Origin: Pelomyxa schiedti
Lineage: Eukaryota; Protista; Evosea
Direction: 5' to 3'
NCBI GenBank assembly: GCA_020536535.1
Contig: JAHLWZ010000476.1
Coordinates: forward strand, 27,283 to 91,282
DNA: 64,000 nt
The notes beneath the pieces are model-generated. The model was not told the DNA's origin. It ran no database searches and saw only the letters and a list, made by a program, of their open reading frames with translations. Positions within the stretch are counted from its first letter, which is position 1, and every line of letters starts with the position of its first letter. A program made the translations under genes and the position numbers. This document shows, one piece after another, positions 24,469-36,648 of the stretch.

Positions 24469-26973
24469 ATGAACCATTCCGGTAACCCCAGTGGTCGCCC
24501 AAACTCCAATTTCTCGAAAATGAACGAACGGCAGCGAACCGCAACGGGTACGACCACCGGGTCCCACAATTCCCGCTCGCAGAGCCCCCTCCAAACACCA
24601 TCGTTGCGCCCAACCGGGGCCGGCGCCCCGACGGCACCCGCCGGCCCAGTGACCAACAGCAACAGCAATCGTGGGACGTCGACCACAGGCCCCCCGGAAC
24701 CCAGAGCGGGTGACACTCTAGGAGTCGCGGACCATCGCAGCTATACCACCACCACCACCAACTCATCGTCGTTCACCGCCAGTGTATGTGTCAGCGACAT
24801 CGACGGCGGGTCCAACTACAACGACACGGCCAGCACATGCACGGACATCACCCCTGAAGCTGGTGGTACATGCACTGGCACCGCTACTGTCACTGGTACC
24901 GGCACTGGCACCGGAACAGGAACGGGAACGGGAACGGGAACGGGGACTGGGACTATTATTGGCACTTGCTCTGATACGAATAGTGACGTGGACACTGTGT
25001 GCGACAGTTGCAGTGGCAGTGCCAGCGGAACCGGCAGTGGCAGTAATAGTAATAGTCATAGTAACAGTCGCAGCAGCAGCAGCAGCAGGAATACTGGAAG
25101 TGAGGATATGTCAGACTCTGCCACCAAGGCCAAGGTTAATCCTAAGGGTGGGCACAGGGTGGCAATGGCACCTGGTTCGCGTTGTACAACAACTACAACT
25201 GAGACTACATCCACAGTTAAAACTCCCAATGGTCATGGTAGTACCGCCGCTGGCACTAGATGTCACTCAGATGAGTTGTGTCAGAGCACACAGGTAACCG
25301 GCACTCCGTGCGAAAAGGTGGGAGAGAGATCAGGGTCTGTGCCGGGTGATGAAATTGATGGTTTAACACGAGGTAGCATATCTTGGATGCCGGAACTGAG
25401 GCACGCTTTGAATTTGCTCGGCTGGTGTGTCATGTCTTCTGTTGCCTGGATTATATGGATCCCGCTCGTTGTTCTCACTTTATCTCGTATCAAGTGGGCT
25501 ACCTGTTATTTAATAACACTCTGTAACTGATATGAACTTGAAGGGATTCAGCAGGAAATAAGGCCAAGTATCTTCGTAGTTTCATATTTACACTTCAAAG
25601 TGAGTGTGCAGTCCTATGCTGGGAGGGATGTTTACTTTTTTTCCTTTTCACGTGATGAAACAGTCTGTGGAATGATGTTACCCGTACCGTTTATTTTTTA
25701 TGGGGCCCTTGGCCCCTACTTGAAATTGTCCAAATATAGTAAGTTGGCCTTCTTATTTACCTGTTTCCTCTGTGTAGTTGCCATTACTACCGTTCCTTGC
25801 ATTGTTCTTTTTGAAGGTTGCAACTCACATATACCCCGCCTAAACTCACTGCAATCAGTTGGAATTAATAGGTTCGCAGCTTTTCGTATTCCTATTCCAT
25901 CAACTGTTGCAATACTTGCTGTAGTCATTGTGCTTTTTGCCATCGGCACACACAAGTTGCGCGTACTATTTTTCCTGCTGCCAGTGGGAATTGTGGGGGC
26001 TGTTGCTCTATTTGGAGACATGTTTATCATACCAGCCTCGAGAGATATGGATGGGGCTGCAGGCACGCTGTGGAGAGCTATCTCTTTACCCCTGATGTCA
26101 TTGCTTGCTGTTGTGACTTTCCGAGGAGCATCGTTTAGGTAATTCTTAATTAGTCTCCTTAATCTGATGGAAAAAGTTTGTACCATTCATTACCAGTAAA
26201 AACCTTGAGTACATTGTTCCCAGAAGCTTGCACGTTACCTTTAGTACTCTTTTTTGGTCGGTTCTCTGTAATCAATCTCCCGTCCCTGTGGGCCACTTTA
26301 TTAGGGACCATAACCTTCCGTGCACTTGAGACACTTTGGGTATGCAGCATTCATTTATAGGCACTTCTAAGAGTAACGGATAGATCCTTATTGGTTGGAT
26401 TCTCACTCCTCCACACATGATTGAGTACGTTAACACTTGCGTGGCTGGAAAATTTGGTTTGAACAAGACCAGTCCGGCAATGAAACTGTTCAAAGGCTTA
26501 CTGGAATTCTTTGTCACACCAGACCTGCCCTTTCAGCTGGAGCACACCAACATCGTGTGCTTTGCTGGAACTACCGCCGGTGTATTCTCCTGTGTACTGC
26601 TTTATGTATTCACAAATACCTACGTGAAGGAGGTGTTCCAGGAGAACCTGAGGCACGACGTGACATTGGTTTTGTGCTGTATGCTGGCTGCTGATGTGTA
26701 TTTCCTGGTTGTTCTGTGCTATGTATCCAGGAGAATGACCGGCAGCGCTCCGGCTTTTGGCTTGCACAAATTCCCGTGCTTTGTGAATGCTTTGGGAATG
26801 GTGTATGGAAACATGTTCGTTACGTTCTGGATGGCTTGGAAAGCTTTCACCATGCTTATTTGTCAAAACCAAGTATGTACAATTTCCTATCTCGGGCGTC
26901 CAAATTCATGCACAAAAAACTAAAACTACAGAGCATTGTGAAGAATGAGTGGGCGTCGTGTGATTTGCGGTGA
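24469..26973 (+). CDS. Polytopic membrane protein with long Ser/Thr/Gly-rich N-terminus, unknown family
   Basis: Low-complexity first exon followed by several exons with many hydrophobic segments (ORFs 25600-26142, 26178-26360, 26417-26923), joined by short GT-AG introns. Confidence 0.7.
24894..24952 (+). repeat. Coding (Thr-Gly)n hexamer repeat
   Basis: ACNGGN repeats encoding TGTGTGTGTGTGTGTGTGT. Confidence 0.85.
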
Positions 26974-27078
26974 AATACCTTTCCCCAGAAATTGTAGTTT
27001 TGGAAATTTTGTATTGTAAGACAAAACTTTTTTTTTGCTATTACGTTTATAGTGGTTTTTTGTGATTCTCTTTACTTG

Positions 27079-30000
27079 TTACATGCCAATGTCGGCAAGT
27101 AGTCGTGGTGGCAGTACTACTTTGGCCGCTTGTGTCAATAATACATCGTATTCTGCATAACGGGTTTAGCACGAAAGGTAGTGTCTGGTTGTTACCTTGG
27201 GGTGACATTTTGTGGGGTTCACTTTGGAGAAATGGTATTATTTCCGAAAATGACAACTTGAAGAGTTTTTCTGTTGGGCATTAGCCCAAAAAAAGAATTT
27301 AGGTTGCACAATACCTCTGTTCATCTTCAGAAAGGAAAGTGCAACTTTGAAAACGACAGTAAAATCTTCACAAAAAAACCAATCCCTAATGGGAGTTAAT
27401 GGTTCTCTAATCCCGCCAAGAGGTACCATATCATGGATACCAAAGGAACAGGAAAAGAGCCTGCGAAAATTGTGAGAAACCATGAGGCAAATGCACCATA
27501 GGGGACATTCAAATCGTTCTAATGAGAAGTTAGTTCCAAATCAGGGAAATAGCATTCCTACAAAAAACTCGGAAATATCAGGAATGAGTCTGCTAACGAG
27601 AGCCTCGAATGCTGTTAATGAGGAGGAAAGACATGGAACACCAGCCAGAAAGAATCCGCGCATACTATACAACAGTAGAATGCTGTCAAGAGTCCAAAAA
27701 GCCGCTTCCTCATTCATTCGCATAAGGAGTGTTCCGACAACAAAGTTTAGACCCTGGCAATACCCAACATCACTGTCACGAACGGAGTATGCATACAAAA
27801 CTCGATAAAGAGTTTCTTGTCTGTAAAAAAGAGATTAAAGAGCAGCTTTTCCTCCCAAAAAGTTACCCAGTGGCAGTGGCGAAGAAGGGGTGATTTGGGA
27901 AAGTCCTCCCAACATCAACTTTAATCTTCCGGGCAAACTCATTGTCCTCAGTACTTTTAAGGTGCATCTTGTTTCCGTTGGAATCGAGGAATGACTTTTA
28001 TGTGTCATACTTCATATTCCTGGGGGTGTGAAGTTTGTCTTTCCCCAGAACACGATAGCTTCTGCCATAAATACCCTCGCAAGCAGTCAGGAACACCTTT
28101 TCGGACTTTTTCTTTGATCTGCTGCATAAGGCCGATGAAAATTAAGGAGGTATATACCTTCTTCTTTCGGGGTTGATAAAAGGCTTCCCAGTTTATTAAA
28201 GCAGAAATCCACTTGGAAATGAGTTTTTCCATTGCAAGGTTGTTTCTTAGCCATGTGTATGTCGATGTGTCAATTATCTTTTCGTCAAATGTCCCATTGT
28301 ATAGAATGAGTGTTGGTTCCACCTTTTGGCATAAGTATTGCTTCTCCTACTTAGTGTTGTATTATACCAGTGAAGATAAACTGTATGACTCGAGAGTTCG
28401 CGAGTTATCAAGCCAAAGCCCCACAAGCTTTTGCTGGTACCCTAGTGGCAAAAAAGCTAAGAAGTTCTTAACACCACTTGTCTCATAATTCTGTTTTAGA
28501 AGTGAGTGTTGCCCATGAAGGACAGGAATGAAACATGCAGTAATGATGTTATTAAAGACTGTGCTGTGTCTGTTGCGGAATATGTAATTTTCCTTGCAAT
28601 ATGGAACTCTGGGATAATGATTCTGCCCAATCATTAGACCAACAGAAATCAGAAAAGAAATGTCTACGTGACGCTGAGCGTTTTCACTTCGTATAGTGTT
28701 TGGTAAGACCATAGAGCATCAATAACCTACAAGAACCATAGGTTAACACAAGAATACAATAAGCTAAAATTTAAATGTGTTGTTTGCATGCAAGCTTATT
28801 GTTGGCGCCATTAGTCTTCACTTTTTGCAGCATCTGCCTGGATAAAACCGTGGAGCTGCTCAGAGGTACAGTGAAGTCCTATTGCCATCTTAGTAGGAGA
28901 AATAAAACTATCTAGTACATCAGGAATGTCAGTTCGGGAGGTGTTTGAGTAGCCCTCAGTTCCGAATTTTGTTACATATCTTCTGAATCCCCAGGCAGAG
29001 TCTTCTGGATAAGTTACGTGATTTAGATAAGCATTGACATTTCTGAACTAATAATTGCATAAGGACAGACATCAACAACATTAATACTACCAGTAGGTGT
29101 AGATGACGATTTAGCAGGTTCTTCCAAGACATCGTTATCTACCACCACAAGAGAGTGCTTGGGGTTCTCATTTGATAATGGTGAATCAGTGCGTTCGCGA
29201 TTCGCGTGCCTGTTTTCACAGGTTTCGGATGTTGGTGAGTGTCGAGTTTGTGATGGATTGATTGAAGCAGTTGAATCCATAAGGGCCATCAGTGCAGGTG
29301 CTGATGAACGCAGAGTGGAGTTTAGACTTGCATCCGTCAGTGAGACGATTTGCTCCGAGGTTGCCGATTTCATGAGCCCGGGACGCTGTGAATTGATCTT
29401 GGATTCACTTGAAGGGGAGGCGGTGCTGGAAGTGTTTAGTGTAGTGGATTTTGGCGGCGCATCTGCAGCAGTTTTTGTGTTGTCTCTTCTGCTGTTATTT
29501 GGACTTGCCACTGGTTCAGTGGGGATAAAGAAACGAGAAGCCATTCCGGGTTGGAGACTGTCCATCATTGCCTGCACCCCCACCAGCATCCCCAAAGCTT
29601 CGTACAGGCAGCCAATGAGCTCGTCGCGCCACGACCTGCCTCGCCCAACGACCACACACACTCTTCCGACGCCAATCAGGTTTTTGGTCCCCACGCCTAT
29701 CCTCGCATGGAAGCACACGGATCTCATGCTTGGGATAGATCTGTGCGCCCTCACCGAGGTCACATGACTCGGCCTCGGCGGTTTCGACGTGGGTGGACCG
29801 CTCATCGCGCTCGTCGTTGCAGCGTTGGCGGCGTGGGTCTGGGCCGCAGTTGCAGTTGCAGCCGCAGCCGCAGTCGCAGAGCTTTTCTTTGTGGGAGGCG
29901 GGGAGTTCTTAATTATTTCGGCGAGGCTTTTCGGCTTGGCATTGGAGGCGGCTGAAGGCTTGGATTTCGAGGGCGACTTGGATGCCGCCGGTTTTTTTTG

Positions 30001-30120
30001 CGCTTGCTCTGGGACGGCAAGCAATGACACAGCCCTTCGGTGACCTGAGGACCCAGACGTGCTTGTGGGGGGACTTTCCTTGCCGGTAACGTCTGCTGTG
30101 TCGTCACGGCGTCTCGACAT
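27079..30120 (-). CDS. TBC-domain Rab GTPase-activating protein with a ubiquitin/FERM-like upstream domain
   Basis: KGVPDCLRGYLW, IKVDVGRTF (Arg finger), VGYCQGLNF (Gln finger), EEAAFW and DWFFCE. Upstream GLWLDNSRTLESYSL resembles talin/FERM F0-F1. Confidence 0.9.
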
Positions 30121-30388
30121 TTTGTTTTTCTAATAAACGGACATGCGTAGTGACCGATCGGCTTTTTTTGGATTGAGAAATTCCGACAGATCTGTAAATG
30201 GACTGTGTGCTGTCTGGTTTTTTTCCAGATCGTGGGTGTCTGTGATGAAGCACCCAGGAGGAGTTAGAGACGCAGGAACAAGATGACGAGGATGAGGAAC
30301 TTCTTCTCTTTTTCCAAACCAAATGTCCTAAGAATCAGCATGTAAAATAGCTTAAAAACGTGTGATAGTGGACCTAGTTTCAATTAAC

Positions 30389-31998
30389 TCAACAGTTACT
30401 CGTAGTCGCGGTGGAGTCCCTGTCACCACGTGAATTGGGTGTAGAGGATGCGGCAGCAGTGGCCATTATGGGATCGGTTGCATTGGGGGTTGGAGTATGT
30501 TGTGCTTCAGGGCTGTGTGTTTCAGTGGGAGAGGGGTATGTAAGAGGAGGTAGGGGATTCATAAACTGACTCCACATGACTTTTGGTTTGCCCGCGAGGC
30601 TCCGGCAGAGTTCTTGGATAGCCGCATCGGTTTGACCTTGAATGATCTGTTGCACATTTCGTTTATCTTCTTCGGTTTGCACTCTTACGCGCTGGGTAAT
30701 CATGTTCATCTGTGGTTATTTTAGTTGTTGGTTAATGCAAACAAATCCGTATTGACGGAACACGTGCCTTTCCTATATAAATGTGGTCAGTAACAAATTG
30801 AGACAATAGGTCCACGAGGGCCGCGGCATTGTGTGTGTCAAGACACGGCTCCATATTGACACTTGTTCTGTATCCCTCAGAGAAGGCATACTACTTTAAC
30901 ATCACAAATTTCCTTAATTAGATATTGTTGTAGACTTTAAGGGCCTCGAATCTCTCTTCAAAAGTGGGTGCATGAGGTTCCCAATAGCTTAGTAAAGAAT
31001 TGTTCTGTGCCCCAATAGTGAATCGGAAAACAAGTAAATGCTTGTAGGGTTTAAATTCGCTGCACATTCGGGTTACGCAGGACATATGGGGTTTAGAAAA
31101 GATGTAGACAAAGTTCCCTGCCTGAAAAAGCTTTTTTAACACCTTCAAGATGTTATCCAAGTATAAAATGTTAGGTGGAGCCCACAGTTATGCATGCTTC
31201 AAGAACAGAGGGGAAAATATCGTGGGACGACGGAAACATTACCTAAAACTTTAGTGCACTTCTTCAATCCCTAATCCCACACCGCTCCATTTTTAAGCTT
31301 CCTCCTGGATTTGTTTACTTCACTCCAGCGGATCGATGGATTCTGGTCCCATTCATCGGCACTTGTTTGATGGTATCTTGAAGTAGCATAGTGCCTAGCA
31401 TAACAATATCTGCATTTGTGCAAGCAACCTGCACACGGTGAGAAGGGAAAAAAAAAGACTCAGTACACTCCCTAAACAAAACAAGTGGCATAATAATAAC
31501 ACAACAAGACCAAAACAGAAACACCCAAATATAACCAGCCGTAACAAGAGAAAACACGAAGCCCAAAAACTCACCCGTCACGCAGTTGACAGAGTGCCGC
31601 ACGATCCTCTCAATGTCGTTGTCCCCCTCGCACCCCTCGTCCCCGCCCATAAGCCCCATCCTTCCCGCCTTGGTGGCGTTGTTGTTGGCACTAGCACCAG
31701 TCGCGCTCGTAGTAGTCGTAGTCGTAGTAGTCCTAGTCGTAGCCGTTGTTGTATCATCGCTGATCCCCACGGCGTTTCCATGGCCGCCCCCAAAATTCGC
31801 CTTGCTGGTTGTGGTCGCGTCCAACGCCGTGGTGGCTGCTCCCGGGCTCGCCCTCACAGTGGCCGTCGGCGCCGCGTGGCCTGGGTCCGCCACCGTCTTG
31901 GTGTCGGGCGAGGAAGCACCCAGTGCCCGGCCAAAGACAACTTGGTCCAGGGTGGTTTGCACCAGGCGACGTCGCTTCGGTGTCGTCGCGTTGGCCAT
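30389..31998 (-). CDS. Radical-SAM protein, SplB/DNA-repair-photolyase-like
   Basis: Removing intron 31429-31574 gives SVNCVTGCLHKCRYCYAR (CxxxCxxC). Later motifs: MFPSSHD, FSKPH, RFTIG, YWEPHAPTFEERFEALK, SVNMEP, IGKMN. Confidence 0.82.
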
Positions 31999-32194
31999 TA
32001 CGCCGGCTAGATAAATCTAGTTTCAGACAAGTCGCGGGTTGGCTTGAGTTTGGCTTTCTTTTCTGCATGCAAACAAACCAAATAACAGAAATGACACGCG
32101 AACTCTGCCGTGTCCGGCAATAAACATATATGTATTTGGTGTGTACAGAAATACAAGTCTTGGCGTTGTGAGGAGCCTCGATGAGGACACCACA

Positions 32195-34724
32195 CTACAG
32201 CCGTATCTTGGAGTCCAACTTGGACTCTAGCTTCTCCTTCAGTTTCGCAGGAAGCTCCTTTGGCTTGTACTTCACGTAGGAAGCACCCAGTGCGGCCTCC
32301 CTAGCTTCTTCACTGGAGCCAGACTTTGACTCCCCATCTGATGCAGGATCGAGTTCTAACATCTCGGGCTCTAATTCCGCCGGCTCCAGTTCTCCTTCTT
32401 CAGCTGGTTCTAGTTCGAGAATATCACTATTATGTGGGGAGAGACGGCCTTTGGGCGAAGGTGTTCCTCGACCTGTGAGTGGTCAGAAAAGCGAGTGCGC
32501 TGGGGTATTGTTTTTTTTTTACCTTTGAAGTCGGCTGATAGCTTCATAGAAGCATCTGTGACAGAAGGTAGTTTTCCAGATATTTCTCGCTTTGTCTCGG
32601 TTTGCTTTACCACCACCTTGGGGATGCTACTACTGGAAGACTTGCTTTTGCTGCTGCTCGACGAAGATGACTTACCTTTTTTACTTGAAGATTTGGCTGA
32701 AGGTTGGGTTGTTACGAGTACTGATTGCACAGGTTGGACCTTCTGAACAGTTAAACTGAGCGGCTTTTCAGTTCCCTTACTCGACTTTGAAGAAGACGAG
32801 CCAGAAGACTTACTCTTAGAGCCACTCTTGCTGCTTGAGCCACTCCCGCTCTTGCTCTTGGAGCCATTGTGGCTTTTTACACCACTTGAACTTAGTGAAG
32901 ATTTTGCTGCTGTGGGTACTGCAACGTCAGTCTTGGGACTTGTGAGGACAGTTTTGGGTGCGATTTTTGGTTTTGAGGAAGAGGAGGAGGCACTGTTAGA
33001 TTTGCTTCCTTTTTTCTTTGGAACGGCTGATACTGCCGGTTGGGAGGGCTTTGTGTCCACTTTGGCTTGTTGTGCTGGCACCGCAACTACATTTGAGGAC
33101 TGCCGAGCGGGAACTGCAGGTTTACTTTCTTCAGGTTTTACAACCACTTTAGGGGTTGGAGATTTGCCAGATTTTGAGTGTGACTTCGACTTTGAGTGCG
33201 ACCGGGAAGATGACTTAGAGTGTGAACGGGAAGATGGCTTGGAGCCCGACACAGAACCAGACTTGGAACTTGAACCAGACTTAGATTTCTTCTTTGTGAC
33301 AGTCAAGGAAGTATTTTTGACAGCAGCACCTGGTGCATTCTTTGTGGCGCCAGTGCTGGGTACAGAAATTTTGGCTGCTGTATTTTTTGTTGCATCCAAG
33401 GATGGGGCCGAAGGTTTGATTGGTTCTTTTGACTGGGTCTTTGGGGTTTTTTGCTTGGAGTTGGAAGAACCGGAATTGGACTTTGACCCGGAATTAGACT
33501 TTGAACCGGAGCCGGACTTTGAACCGGAACCTGAATGTGATCCAGACCATTGTGCTTGTAGCGCCCGTGCCTTTTTGACCAAGGCTTTTGCTCGTTCAGC
33601 GGCATCTGAATGTGATTTTGATCCTGATGTTGACTTGGATGTTGAGCCGGAGTGTGAACCAGGTTTGGATCCAGCCTTAGTCTTCGGGTTGACTTGTGGT
33701 TTGGGTTTTCCTGTGGCTGGTCCTGATCCAGACTTCGATACTGAGCCAGAAGCTGATTTCGAAATAGAGCGAGATCTTGACTTTGACCCCGACCTTGAAC
33801 GGGAGCCCGAGCCTGAGACAGAACCTGATCCAGATTTGGAGCCGGATCCGGAACGAGATTTGGAACCGGATCCGGAGCGAGATTTGGAACCAGACCCGGA
33901 GTGAGATCGTGAGCCGGAACCTGAGCGTGATCCTGACTTCGATTTAGTGCCAGAGCCAGACCGTGAGCCTGATTTTGATCTCGATCTTGATCCCGAGCCC
34001 GATACTGAGCCGGACCCAGACTTGGACCTGGACCTGGACCTGGACGCCGATCCTGATCCCGATTTTGATCTTGATCTAGAACCTGAGCCTGATCCTGATA
34101 CAGACCTCGACCTTGACTTGGATCCAGAACGTGAGTCTGATCTAGATCTAGATCCCGATCCCGAGTGCGATCGTGAACGTGAAGCTGATGATGTAGACCG
34201 TGAACCAGAAGACTTTGATCTGGATTTGGAGCGAGACCTCGATTTTGACCTGGACCGGGACCTGGAAGAAGACCTAGCGCCTAAATGCAGTATTAACTGA
34301 GTGTCGTTCATACTTTTAAGGGGTGTAGAATTTAAAGGAGATGTAGAAAAAGGGAGAAAGTAATGGGAGAAATGTACCTGCAGCAGGTTTTTTTCCTGCA
34401 CCAGAAGGTGCTTGGGCTTTGACGTTTGTGGCTGGTTGTTGTGTCTTTGTTTTGGTGTCTTCTACTTTAGTGGTTGGTTTTTGTTGGGCAGAGGGTCCCG
34501 GGTGAGGTTGCTTTTGTTGTTGCTTGGCGTCGATGACAGGTTTTGCGGTGGCGGCACCAACTGGTGGATTGTGGGATTGGGACTTGCCTACCTTTTTTCC
34601 TTCTGGTTTCTTCAACTTAAAATATCGAGTTATAAACTTGACAAACAAGATGCACAAGGATGAAAGAAAAAAAAACCTGGGGCAAACGAGAAAGAACAAA
34701 AAGACCCTGTTGGGTCTTCTTCAT
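32195..34724 (-). CDS. Very basic Ser/Gly/Arg/Lys-rich low-complexity protein (RS and SG dipeptide tracts) with acidic C-terminus
   Basis: ATG at 34724 (MKKTQQ), main exon ORF 32410-34401, last exon ending ..LDSKIRL* at 32195. The repeats use varied synonymous codons, consistent with protein-level selection. Confidence 0.7.
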
Positions 34725-35182
34725 TTTGTACACGTTGTTATACATTTAGTCTTGTAAGCGTGCGGTACGGCGATTAATTCCGCGCGTGCGTCGGTTTCGA
34801 CGGGGTTTTTTTTGTTTTGTTTTTGGCGTCGCTTTGTTTTCATTCAAAGAACCTTCAAATTTCCCTTCCGATAATATCCGAGAATAGACGTCTTTTCTCT
34901 TGAATCGAGCGCGGAGGGGTGAACATCCGAATGATTCTGATTATTCCCTGTTGCACCCAAGGTCAACCCACCCGTTAAAGCTCCATCAAAGTAGATGAAT
35001 ACACAGTACCTCGAAGCAAACTATCAAGAGAGTTAAGTGATTGCGGACTTGCCACCCTCCAATTGTGGGAACTCAAATGGGACGCGCACGCATTGGGGTT
35101 CTTTGGGCCTTCACATGTTTTCCTGCTCTTCATCAACTTGAACTTGTTGATTTTCTTTTCTGGCTAATTGGAACGCGAAGGG

Positions 35183-36475
35183 ATGCACCACCCACACTCA
35201 CAGTCCAGTCCTTCGTTGGCCAAAGTTACCAGCGATTCAGTGGTGAAACTAAATGTTGGGGGTGAATTCTTTGCCACGTCACTATCAACGCTGACCTCTG
35301 TGGAGGCTTCTTTTTTCTATTCGATGTTTACTGGTCGCTTCACTTCCATGACTCTTGATGGTTGTGCTCGAGCGTGTTTCTGTTAGACACTACAAATTCA
35401 TATTCACTCTCATCCACAAAATTGTGAAACTACCCGTTTTTAATGTTTTAACGCAGCTACAAACAAATTGTAAACCATTATGCCAGGCTGCTTCTTTGTT
35501 GATAGGGATCCACATATGTTCAGGCACATACTTAACTTCCACCGAGGTCAAAATGTTCCAGTCCCGCACCTCTGTAATGCAGACCTGGCACAGCTTGCTG
35601 ATGACAGTGCATTCTACGGGCTACCCCGCCTTGAAGAAGTAGTGCGAAGGGAGCTAAAGAGGCGCGGGATGGACACAGCAGACGACAACATAGAGGAACG
35701 TAGAATGCGTGAATTCTGCACATTCAGGCCCGGTCACCCCCACTTCCCCTACACAGTTACAGCAAGCGGGCCCGAGAGTTCTAGTTCCGGCAGCGGGAAC
35801 TCGACCCTCACCTCCGGAACTTCAACGTGGCGGCGTAGAGCCACCAAGAAAGGCTCAGGCCCTGCCGTTGCGCTCGGAATCAGGCCCCTCGCTCCAGGCC
35901 TCGGCAAAGTCTGCAGGTGGGGTGTCAGAATCGTGCAGAGTGCCAAGGCTAATATCTCCATAGGCGTGGTGCGGGCCTCTATACTGACAGCCGCTCCCTC
36001 TGGGGGGGCGTTCGACGGATGGTGGTGCTTCCACGCGGGGAGTCACAGGCCCTCTGGCTATGCATATGATAGGTACTGCGTTTGGGTGCCAGACAATATT
36101 ATACCCCGCGTACCTACTTCTGATTCGCCTGGCCTAGCTTCATTCGATCCTCCGGTGGAATCTGCTGTTACTACTTCCACTGCTACTTCCGTGACCAACT
36201 CAACAACGGCAGTGGCAACGACGCCTGGGACATCCACAACACCAAAAACTCCCTGTAAGAAGAGGCCTGTGACACGGGTGGCCGAGGGTTCCATTGTCAA
36301 AGTGGCTGTGGAAGTTGATTCTGGTGTCATCTCGTTTGGCGTTGATGACAGTGACTACGCCGTGGCCTACAGCGGAGTCGATGTGCACTCTGAGCCACTT
36401 TTCCCCTGTGTGATTATGTACGATGACGGTGACACTGTAGAACTGGTGCCCCCTGAGGAATTTGACTTTGCCTGA
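35183..36475 (+). CDS. BTB/POZ (KCTD-type) + SPRY/B30.2-like protein
   Basis: VVKLNVGG.FF.TSLSTL, SMFTG, FFVDRDP.MFRHILNF.R and FYGL. C-terminal WGVRI..ISIGV..SFGVD..LFPCV..GDTVEL. Confidence 0.88.
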
Positions 36476-36648
36476 GTTGGCGACCAAGCGAGAGACTCAG
36501 GAACGAATTTTCCCCATCAGATTCTGGGGAATTTGCAGCACTTGCCGTTTTTGTTACAACTTGGGGGACTGAGGAAAACTTCTGCCTTTTAAAAAGAAAA
36601 TTCTGTTAAAGTTAAGATTAAACAAACAAACAAAAAAAAAAACCGACA

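Noticed and set aside
32828-34300. Long plus-strand Asp/Glu/Pro/Leu-repeat ORFs
   Set aside because: Antisense shadow of the Ser/Gly/Arg repeat gene. The ATG, introns and terminal exon support the minus strand.
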